Assembly: GCA_003645645.1 (NCBI GenBank)
Contig: QNBH01000001.1
Coordinates: 1-61,883, forward strand
Direction of reading: 5' to 3'
Source of the DNA: Spirochaetota bacterium
GTDB lineage: Bacteria; Spirochaetota; Spirochaetia; SPDA01; B32-G16
Length of the DNA: 61,883 nucleotides
The notes below the pieces were generated by a model. The model was given only the letters and a program-made list of their open reading frames with translations, did no database searches and was not told where the DNA came from. Made by a program: the position numbers and the translations under genes. This document shows positions 18,796 through 26,824 of the stretch, piece by piece. Each line of letters begins with the position of its first letter. The first letter of the stretch is position 1.

Positions 18796-20553
18796 GTGAT
18801 TCGTTCCGCCGGTTCGGGAGCAGCAGGAGTTATTGCAGTAATCCTTCTCTATATTTTACTTATTGTTCTGATCCTCTTCTTTTCCGACCAGATTTTACAG
18901 GATATCGCCGAGGAAGGAACACTATCAATTTTTATAATAATTCCTCTGGCAGCGGTCCTTCCGCTTTTCCTTTTGGGTATAATAGGTGTAAACATCTTGA
19001 ATCTTATCAAGGAAAGAGCAAGGGGCAATCCGGGTGCAAAGTTTAAAACCCGCCTTATTATCTTTTTTACATTCATAGCATTCCTTTCCTCCATTCCCCA
19101 GGGAATTCTCTCCATGGGCTTTATTAACACAACCATGAACTCGTGGTTTAGTTCCAGATTAGCCGACGCGCTGCAGGGAGGTCTTGACATTGCCCTTGAA
19201 TACTACAACGAAAAAATCGAAAATCTGACCACTTTCAGCGAAAGTAATGTCTTTCCCCTTCTTCTGCGGGATATGACACGTCAACCGGATCAAATGTGGG
19301 ATAATATCAGGAGTGCAAACCCCTCGGTTCACTCGATTCAGATCTTTGATAATGATGGCAATGAAGTGCTGTTCAAAGGAGATACCAGAACCAGGATTCA
19401 GGAAGATCAACCTGGTTTCCAGGAGGAAGGAGTTCTGCCCAAAGAGACTAAAAAAGATGCAAGCATACTGAGAATATTGAAAAAACACTCTATTGAAGGA
19501 AGAAATTATTCTATAATCCTGAGTGTGGTTCTTCCGAGAGATTTCGATACGGCAGCGGAACAGCTTACCAGTTCGCTCTTAATATTCAAGGAGTATGAGA
19601 AATATCAATCAACCTTTCGCATTGTACTTATCCTTTTCTTCTCCTTTTTCTCCTTTCCTATTTTACTTCTCTCGATTTTGATCAGCTTTATCTTAACAGA
19701 GGAGATAATACGACCAATCGTTAGTCTGGAAGAGGCGACAAAAAAAGTGGCAGAGGGCGATTTCTCCATAAGAATACTCTCTCGATCCAGAGACGAGCTT
19801 GCAATTCTTATCGACTCTTTTAACCAGATGGTATCCGAACTGGAGCGTTCAAGGATAAAAATCATGCAAACCGAGAAGGTTACTGCATGGCAGGAGATCG
19901 CACAAAGAATGGCTCACGAGATAAAAAATCCTTTAACCCCCATAAAACTATCTGCCCAGCGTATTCTCAGGAAATACAAAACCGACATAAACAGTCTGGA
20001 GAAAGTGCTTGAACCCTCCGTTAATTCTATAATACTGGAAGTGGATAATTTGACAAAACTTCTTCAGGAGTTCCGAGATTTTGCAAGACTTCCCGCTCCA
20101 TACATGCAACCATCCAACCTGAAGAGTATCGTTGCTGAGGCATCCTCCATGTATCAGGCATCCTACCCCCTTGTAACTCTACATATAGAAGACATCGACG
20201 ATAACCTGATGCTCAATGTGGATAGAAACCAAATAAAACAGGTATTCTCAAACTTACTTAAAAATGCATTCGAGGCTATAGAGAGTGAAGGTGAGGTCTT
20301 CATTCGAACCGATCTTGTCAGAAAGGGAAATCTTAAGTATTGTAGAATACAGGTAAGAGATACCGGTTCGGGTATAGATGAAGAGAATCGCAATAAAGTT
20401 TTCAATCCGTACTTTACAACCAAGAAGAGAGGTACCGGGCTCGGACTTTCTATCGTCGAGAGAATTATATTCGATCACAATGGTCAAATCTGGTTTGAAA
20501 CAGAAAAAGAGATGGGAACAACATTTTTTATAGATCTTCCAATGGAGGGGTAA
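18796..20553 (+). CDS. Sensor histidine kinase, NtrY-like (multi-TM, HAMP, HisKA, HATPase_c)
   Basis: HAMP segment (IRPIVSLEEATKKVAEGDF), H-box AHEIKNPLTPI, N-box LLKNAFEA, G-boxes DTGSGI and GTGLGLSIV. Confidence 0.9.
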   Translation: MIRSAGSGAAGVIAVILLYILLIVLILFFSDQILQDIAEEGTLSIFIIIPLAAVLPLFLLGIIGVNILNLIKERARGNPGAKFKTRLIIFFTFIAFLSSIPQGILSMGFINTTMNSWFSSRLADALQGGLDIALEYYNEKIENLTTFSESNVFPLLLRDMTRQPDQMWDNIRSANPSVHSIQIFDNDGNEVLFKGDTRTRIQEDQPGFQEEGVLPKETKKDASILRILKKHSIEGRNYSIILSVVLPRDFDTAAEQLTSSLLIFKEYEKYQSTFRIVLILFFSFFSFPILLLSILISFILTEEIIRPIVSLEEATKKVAEGDFSIRILSRSRDELAILIDSFNQMVSELERSRIKIMQTEKVTAWQEIAQRMAHEIKNPLTPIKLSAQRILRKYKTDINSLEKVLEPSVNSIILEVDNLTKLLQEFRDFARLPAPYMQPSNLKSIVAEASSMYQASYPLVTLHIEDIDDNLMLNVDRNQIKQVFSNLLKNAFEAIESEGEVFIRTDLVRKGNLKYCRIQVRDTGSGIDEENRNKVFNPYFTTKKRGTGLGLSIVERIIFDHNGQIWFETEKEMGTTFFIDLPMEG

Positions 20554-21918
20554 TTGAGCAGAGTACTGATCATTGACGATGAGCCAGGCATAAGAAATGT
20601 ACTCAAAGACATTCTTGAAGATGAGAATTACACAGTATTTACTGCAGAAGAGGGCTTAAGTGGGCTATCACTGGTGGAGAAGGAATCCATCGATCTTGTA
20701 ATTCTTGATATATGGCTACCCAACATGGGAGGAATAGATGTACTAAGAGAGATAAAACAAAGCCATCCGGAAGTTGAGGTGATCGTAATTTCGGGACATG
20801 CAAATATCGACATGGCTGTAAAAGCCGTAAAGCTTGGTGCCTTCGATTTTCTGGAAAAACCCCTATCCATGGATAAGGTAATCACACTGGTAAAAAATGC
20901 CCTCGCCATGGAAGATCTGAAAAAAGAAAACAGACAACTCAAATACTCCCTCTTCATGGAGGACCCTCTTATCGGAAGCAGTCCAGCCATGAAAAAAATC
21001 AGGACCCTCATAGATCAAAGTGCAGCTTCAGATGCAAGAATCCTTATTATGGGAGAAAACGGTACGGGCAAGGAGCTCGTTGCCAGGGAAATCCACAAAA
21101 AAAGTAGACGCTGTGACGGCCCTTTTGTTACCGTCAACTGTGCCGCCATACCGGATACACTTCTGGAGAGTGAGCTCTTCGGCCATGAGAAAGGTGCATT
21201 TACAGGCGCAATAGCAAGAAGAAGGGGTAAGTTTGAGATGGCCGATGAAGGCACGCTTTTCCTGGATGAAGTAGCAGACATGTCTTCGAGTGCTCAGGCT
21301 AAAGTTCTTCGAGTTATTCAGGAGCTGAAGTTTGAGCGTATTGGTGGAGAAAAATCCATATCCGTGGATGTGAGGTTAATAGCTGCAACCAATAAGAATA
21401 TACAGGAAGAGATAAAAAAACAGCTCTTTCGTGAAGACCTTTACTTCCGCCTGAATGTCATACCGATAATAATTCCGCCCCTAAGGGAAAGACCCGAAGA
21501 TCTCCGTGAACTTACCAATTATTTCATGGAAAAGTTTAAACCCCAAAAAAACTCGGAGAAAAGAACTATCTCGAACGAAGGGATGAAAATTCTCGAAGAT
21601 TACACCTGGCCGGGAAATGTCCGGGAATTGAAAAATTTTATAGAACGTATTAATGTTATGAGTGATGAAGAGATAATCTCACCGGAGACCGCCCATTACT
21701 TGCTCGGCGAGAAGATAAAAGAAGAACGTTCCTGGAACCTTAAAGAGTTTGAATCCATGAAGTTAAACGAGGCGAAGGATCTTTTTGAGAAAAAACTCCT
21801 GACCCTGAAATTAAGTCAAAATAATTTCAATATATCAAAAACAGCCGAAGCTCTAGGAATATATCCAAGCAATTTACATGGAAAAATAAAAAAACTGGGA
21901 ATCAAGATTCAAAAATGA
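20554..21918 (+). CDS. Sigma-54-dependent response regulator (NtrC/NtrX family)
   Basis: REC domain (VLIIDDEPGIR...DLVILDIWLP), AAA+ domain (GENGTGKE, ESELFGHEKGAFTGA carrying the GAFTGA loop), and a C-terminal HTH. The start is TTG. Confidence 0.92.
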   Translation: MSRVLIIDDEPGIRNVLKDILEDENYTVFTAEEGLSGLSLVEKESIDLVILDIWLPNMGGIDVLREIKQSHPEVEVIVISGHANIDMAVKAVKLGAFDFLEKPLSMDKVITLVKNALAMEDLKKENRQLKYSLFMEDPLIGSSPAMKKIRTLIDQSAASDARILIMGENGTGKELVAREIHKKSRRCDGPFVTVNCAAIPDTLLESELFGHEKGAFTGAIARRRGKFEMADEGTLFLDEVADMSSSAQAKVLRVIQELKFERIGGEKSISVDVRLIAATNKNIQEEIKKQLFREDLYFRLNVIPIIIPPLRERPEDLRELTNYFMEKFKPQKNSEKRTISNEGMKILEDYTWPGNVRELKNFIERINVMSDEEIISPETAHYLLGEKIKEERSWNLKEFESMKLNEAKDLFEKKLLTLKLSQNNFNISKTAEALGIYPSNLHGKIKKLGIKIQK

Positions 21919-22520
21919 AACCTTTAACCAAAAGGCAGGAAGAGGTTCTTGCCTTTATCAAATCTTTTATCAACGAACATAAATATCCACCCACAATAAG
22001 GGAAATTGCACGCCACTTTAAAATATCTATTAAGGGCGCATACGACCATATTAAATCTCTTGAGCGAAAAAATTATATACATTGTGATATAAACCGCTCA
22101 AGAACTATCGGAATAAACGAGCCTCCCAGGGAGAAAGCAGAGGAGTTTATATCCATACCACTTCTGGGTAATGTCGCAGCGGGTACTCCCCTCTTTGCAG
22201 AAGAGAATATGGAAGGCGAAATCAGGCTTCCTTCCGAATCACTTAGGCGCGGTAAATATTTTGCACTTCATATTAAGGGAGACAGCATGCAGGATGCCGG
22301 TATTCTTGATGGGGATCTGGCGATTTTCCGTCACCAAGCGACCGCCGAAAACGGCGATATAATTGTTGCCATGGTCAACGATGCATTTACCCTCAAGCGA
22401 TTCTACAGAGAGAAAAACAGGGTAAAACTAAAAGCCGAGAATCCCGTCTACCCGCCCATCTATACACAGAACATTCAGATTCTCGGAAAGCTGGAGTGTA
22501 TTTTCAGAAGTTATGAGTAA
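21915..22520 (+). CDS. lexA: LexA repressor
   Basis: N-terminal wHTH (PPTIREIARHF), the cleavage region VAAG, and S24 peptidase motifs (GDSMQDAGILDGD...TLKRF). Confidence 0.92.
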   Translation: MKPLTKRQEEVLAFIKSFINEHKYPPTIREIARHFKISIKGAYDHIKSLERKNYIHCDINRSRTIGINEPPREKAEEFISIPLLGNVAAGTPLFAEENMEGEIRLPSESLRRGKYFALHIKGDSMQDAGILDGDLAIFRHQATAENGDIIVAMVNDAFTLKRFYREKNRVKLKAENPVYPPIYTQNIQILGKLECIFRSYE

Positions 22521-23502
22521 CAGTGCTGGATCATCGGTTTTTTTACTTCTTGGACCCGAAAACGGAGAGAAAGAGAAGTTTATCACAAAAATAAAAACCG
22601 ATTTAGCAAAAAGAATGGGTGAAGCTCCGGAGGAATATCATTTCTATCCCTTTGAAACCGATTTAAGTACCGTTATTTCCATTCTCAGAAACAATTCACT
22701 CTTCGCCTCATACAAAACGGCCATCCTCAACAATACCGAAGAGATAAAGAGAGACGAGGATATATCCCTGCTGTCAGATTACATTAAGCACCCTCCAGGA
22801 CACACGACCCTCTTTATGTTAAGCGACTCTACCAGAGTACACAAAAAAATAGAGAAAGTAGTACCAAAAACGCAAAAAAAAATATTCTGGGAATTGTTCG
22901 AAAACAGAAAACAACAGTGGGTCTCGGAGTACTTTCGGAAGGCAGGTGTTACCATACAGCCGGAAGCGGTGGAGCTTTTTCTGGACATGGTGGAGAATAA
23001 TACGCGGGATATGGAGAAAGAGTGTGAAAAACTTGTACTTTTCTTCGGAGAAAGAGCAACCGTTTCGGAAGAAGAGATCGAGAAGTTTATCTATCACAGC
23101 AAAGAGGAAAATGTCTTTACCCTCTTCGAACGGATAGCAACTCAGGATTTTTCAGCAGCGGTGGAAATTCTTCAAAAAATATTGCAATCGGGGGAATCCA
23201 ATCCTGCAATGCTCATAGGTGGTCTTCTCTGGCAATTCAAGAAGCTTAAACACTTAAGGGAACTCACGGATCGGCGGTATAATCCGGAAGAGGCATTTCT
23301 AAAAGCAGATATTAAGGGCAGGAAAAATCAACGTATATACGCAAACGGTATAAAAAACTACTCATCGGAAGATATACAGAACATTATTGTAATGATCGCT
23401 GACTACGACAACCTCTTACGCTCTTTCCGCGCCGATATGCACGAGCTGTTACTCTCGATTTTCCTCTACTACTGTATTAAAAGAAAGGGGGATAAATCTT
23501 AG
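22513..23502 (+). CDS. holA: DNA polymerase III delta subunit
   Basis: 329 aa; the start (FLLLGPENGEKEKF) is of the YLLYGEE type, and the length and helical C-terminal domain are consistent with HolA. Confidence 0.7.
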   Translation: MSNSAGSSVFLLLGPENGEKEKFITKIKTDLAKRMGEAPEEYHFYPFETDLSTVISILRNNSLFASYKTAILNNTEEIKRDEDISLLSDYIKHPPGHTTLFMLSDSTRVHKKIEKVVPKTQKKIFWELFENRKQQWVSEYFRKAGVTIQPEAVELFLDMVENNTRDMEKECEKLVLFFGERATVSEEEIEKFIYHSKEENVFTLFERIATQDFSAAVEILQKILQSGESNPAMLIGGLLWQFKKLKHLRELTDRRYNPEEAFLKADIKGRKNQRIYANGIKNYSSEDIQNIIVMIADYDNLLRSFRADMHELLLSIFLYYCIKRKGDKS

Positions 23503-25295
23503 TTCCTGTCTCGCAAAATCCTTAAAAGCTCTCCGGCCTTCTCAACACTTATTCCGCACTCTTTTGCAATCACTTCCGGGTCCTGTGTAATAATCGCCTT
23601 TAGAGAACCAAATGTCTTAAGCAGTTTCTGGCTTCTCTTCTTCCCAATGCCAGGAACACTCTCGAGAGTTGACAGAATAAGTTCCCTCCGGCGTGTGCTT
23701 CTGTTGAAGGTATTTGCAAATCTGTGAGCCTCATCCCTTACTCTCTGAAGAATCTTTAACCCCTGGTGTGTTTCCTTAAGCTTTAACGGCTCACCCTCCA
23801 CGGGAACTATCAATTCTTCTCTTTTGGACAACCCCACCAGGGTGATCTTAACATCGAGTGCATCCAGTATAGACTTTACTGCATTTACCTGTCCTTTCCC
23901 CCCGTCAATTAAGATTAAATCTGGCTTCTTGAGTCCCTCATTGATAACACGTGTATACCTGCGTGCCACAGCCTCCCTTAAGGCTTCATAGTCATCTATC
24001 GCTCCGTTAAGAGTTTTCAAGTGAAAATGCCTGTATCCCTTTTTATCCGGTTCTCCGTTTATAAAAGATACCATTGAAGCTACGGGATACTTCCCGGAAA
24101 GCTGGGCAACGTCAAAACCTTCGATGCGTCTGGGTAGATTAGGAAGACCTAGAGTATTCTTAAGATCCCGCAATGCTTTAAATCTCTGGGAGTAGGTTAA
24201 TCTTTCTTCCAGGTCCTGAATGCAGTTCTCTTCGGCCATCTTTAAGATTGATCTATCGCGTCTGCTTTCAGGAAAGGCTACCGTGGTTGTTACCTTGAGC
24301 TCTTTAAGAAAGAACTCCTCGATAAATGACAAATCCGCTTGTTCGGAAATAAATATTCTTGCAGGCGGTTTGTGGTCTTTCCTGTAATACTGTAAAAGAA
24401 AATGCCTCAAGACCTCCTCCCTCTCTTCGTAAGCTTCGGTTCGAAAAAGATCGCGTCCGGAGAGCTTTCCATTACGCATCATAAAAACCGTAAAACTGCA
24501 CAGGTGCTCCTTCGAAGCCAGCGCTACATAATCACGTGATTCCGGATTGAAATCGACAACCTCCTGTTCCAATTCTATCGTTTTTATGGCCTGAATATTA
24601 TCCCTGGCTTCTGCAGCTTTTTCAAACTCAAGCCTTTCTACAGCGCGGTTCATCTCTCCTGTTAGTTCTTCTATGATCTCTCCACTTTCACCCGATAGTA
24701 ACTTTTTAACTCTTTCCACCTCTTCGGCATATTCTGCCCTGCTTATCCTGTTACAACAGGGCGCAGAACATCTGCCAATATGATAATAGAGGCAGGGGTG
24801 ATCTCTGCGCTTCAACTTACCCCTGCATTTCCTCAAGGTAAATAATCTCTCTATAAGCTCAAGATAACGGTCTATACTTTTTACATGAGGATAGGGTCCG
24901 AAATAGAGAGAACCATCATTGATAATCCTTCTTGTTCTATACAACCGGGGGTATTCTTCCGAGGTAAGTTTTATAACCGGGTAAGTTTTCCCATCCTTTA
25001 GATTGATATTGTAATGGGGCTCGAGCTCTTTAATCAGATTGTTTTCCAATAAAAGTGCTTCATATTCGTTTTTTGTGATTATAGATTCAACGGTGCTCAC
25101 TTTTCTAACAAGAAATCTTGTTTTTATGTCCCTGGCACCGGAAAAGTAAGAACGAACACGCTTTTGAATATTCCTCGCCTTACCCACATATAACACTTCT
25201 CCTGCGGCGCTTTTCATGAGGTATACACCGCATTTAGGAGGTAAATTGTTAATAAGGCAGGTCAATCTGTTATCTGTAACTGATCCCTGTTCCAT
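23499..25295 (-). CDS. uvrC: Excinuclease ABC subunit C
   Basis: GIY-YIG (GVYLMKSAAGEVLYVGKARNIQKRV), the UVR domain, an Endo V-like domain, and a C-terminal (HhH)2 motif. Confidence 0.97.
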   Translation of the reverse strand: MEQGSVTDNRLTCLINNLPPKCGVYLMKSAAGEVLYVGKARNIQKRVRSYFSGARDIKTRFLVRKVSTVESIITKNEYEALLLENNLIKELEPHYNINLKDGKTYPVIKLTSEEYPRLYRTRRIINDGSLYFGPYPHVKSIDRYLELIERLFTLRKCRGKLKRRDHPCLYYHIGRCSAPCCNRISRAEYAEEVERVKKLLSGESGEIIEELTGEMNRAVERLEFEKAAEARDNIQAIKTIELEQEVVDFNPESRDYVALASKEHLCSFTVFMMRNGKLSGRDLFRTEAYEEREEVLRHFLLQYYRKDHKPPARIFISEQADLSFIEEFFLKELKVTTTVAFPESRRDRSILKMAEENCIQDLEERLTYSQRFKALRDLKNTLGLPNLPRRIEGFDVAQLSGKYPVASMVSFINGEPDKKGYRHFHLKTLNGAIDDYEALREAVARRYTRVINEGLKKPDLILIDGGKGQVNAVKSILDALDVKITLVGLSKREELIVPVEGEPLKLKETHQGLKILQRVRDEAHRFANTFNRSTRRRELILSTLESVPGIGKKRSQKLLKTFGSLKAIITQDPEVIAKECGISVEKAGELLRILRDRN

Positions 25296-25329
25296 TTATG
25301 CCGATAATTTTATAAAATACAAGAGAAAT

Positions 25330-26817
25330 ATGAAAAAATATGTTCTCTGCATATCGATCTCTCTTATTTTCCTCTTCAGTTGTTTTTCCATAGAAAGGAT
25401 AATCATTTTAGGCAGAGATGACCACTGGCAGAGACTCTATTATAAAGATAACATAATTCTACATTCGGGCAAAGGTGGTTTTACCGACCTTGTGCTTAAA
25501 GAAGGAGAATACAAGCCCACAGAAGAAACCGACCTGTTAATACACTTTAATAAGTTACCTCCGGAAGATATAACGGGAAGTTACAGAACAGAGTCCTCAG
25601 GTATTATACTTTCTGAAAAACTTGCGATGTATGGAAACGGAGCAGGTTTTTTTACAAAACAGAGCGGTGGTGTTCGGCTCCTGGCAAACAATGATGCTCT
25701 GCTCTACCCTGGTAAAGTGTGGGAGGACTTTACCGTGGAGTTCTGGCTCTATCCGGCAACCATGGAAGAGGGTGAGACGCTGCTGCTCTGGAACGGTACA
25801 TTAAAATTCGAGTCTACCATTCTCCCTCAAGAAATCAGCTGTTACATTCAAAACAGAAGAGTTGTATGGAATTTCAAAAACTTTTTTCTCCCTCCCGATA
25901 GAGAAGCTTTTACCCTCGAGCTAAGGGGTAACTCTCCTCTGGTTCCAAAGTCCTGGCATCACCATACGCTTCGTTTCAACAGCTCTACCGGTATGCTTGA
26001 GTATTTGCTTGATGGCATCCCCGATGCTATAATATATACCACTAACACCGGAAGGGAGGAGAAAAGCTTCTACCTTCCGGTTACGGGAAACCTATCGGAG
26101 GGGGTACTAACAATAGGAGAGGTTTTTACCGGACTGATAGATGAGCTACGCATATCGAGGAGCTTTATCACCAAGCCCTTTACAGAACTCTATCTGGATG
26201 AGAAGGGGACTGCAATCACAAGAGTCTTCGATCTTGGATATACAAACTCCCGGTTAAGTAAAATTGAGGCGGCTTATTCAACCCCATCGGATTCCTCTGT
26301 TTATTTCTATTACAAAATCTCGGATATCATGGCTCAACCCGATTCACCGGAAAACAACTGGATACCCTTTATACCGGGTCGATCCCTCCCGGAAGATAGA
26401 AGCGGTCGATATCTTCAATTAAAAGTGGAACTTCTGCCTTCAGGAGACGGAGTCCATTCCCCCACAGTTCACGAAATCACGATTGCATTCGAACCAGACC
26501 TTCCGCCGCCTCCTCCAGTAAAACTTAGAGCCATTCCGGGAGACGGCAAGGTCATACTGCAGTGGAGTGCGGTTACTGAGCAGGATGTAAAAGGTTATAT
26601 GGTATATTACGGCCACAGACCCGGCTACTATTTCGGAACAGAGAGCAATCTTGGCAGCTCACCTGTCGATGTGGGGAATAAAACAGAAGTTACCCTGGAA
26701 GGCTTACTCAACGGCAGATTGTACTATTTCTCTGTGGCAGCATACGATTCGGCCGATCCGCCCCATTTAAGTGATTTTTCAGAAGAAGTAAGTACCAGGC
26801 CTTCGGAGATAAGGTAA
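25330..26817 (+). CDS. Lipoprotein with a LamG/concanavalin-like domain and a C-terminal fibronectin type III domain
   Basis: ATG 25330 with lipobox LIFLFSC. LamG-like FTVEFWLYP...WHHHTLRF...LDG. A PPPPP linker is followed by the FN3-like KVILQWSAV...YYFSVAAYD. Confidence 0.6.
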   Translation: MKKYVLCISISLIFLFSCFSIERIIILGRDDHWQRLYYKDNIILHSGKGGFTDLVLKEGEYKPTEETDLLIHFNKLPPEDITGSYRTESSGIILSEKLAMYGNGAGFFTKQSGGVRLLANNDALLYPGKVWEDFTVEFWLYPATMEEGETLLLWNGTLKFESTILPQEISCYIQNRRVVWNFKNFFLPPDREAFTLELRGNSPLVPKSWHHHTLRFNSSTGMLEYLLDGIPDAIIYTTNTGREEKSFYLPVTGNLSEGVLTIGEVFTGLIDELRISRSFITKPFTELYLDEKGTAITRVFDLGYTNSRLSKIEAAYSTPSDSSVYFYYKISDIMAQPDSPENNWIPFIPGRSLPEDRSGRYLQLKVELLPSGDGVHSPTVHEITIAFEPDLPPPPPVKLRAIPGDGKVILQWSAVTEQDVKGYMVYYGHRPGYYFGTESNLGSSPVDVGNKTEVTLEGLLNGRLYYFSVAAYDSADPPHLSDFSEEVSTRPSEIR

Positions 26818-26824
26818 TCCTGAA

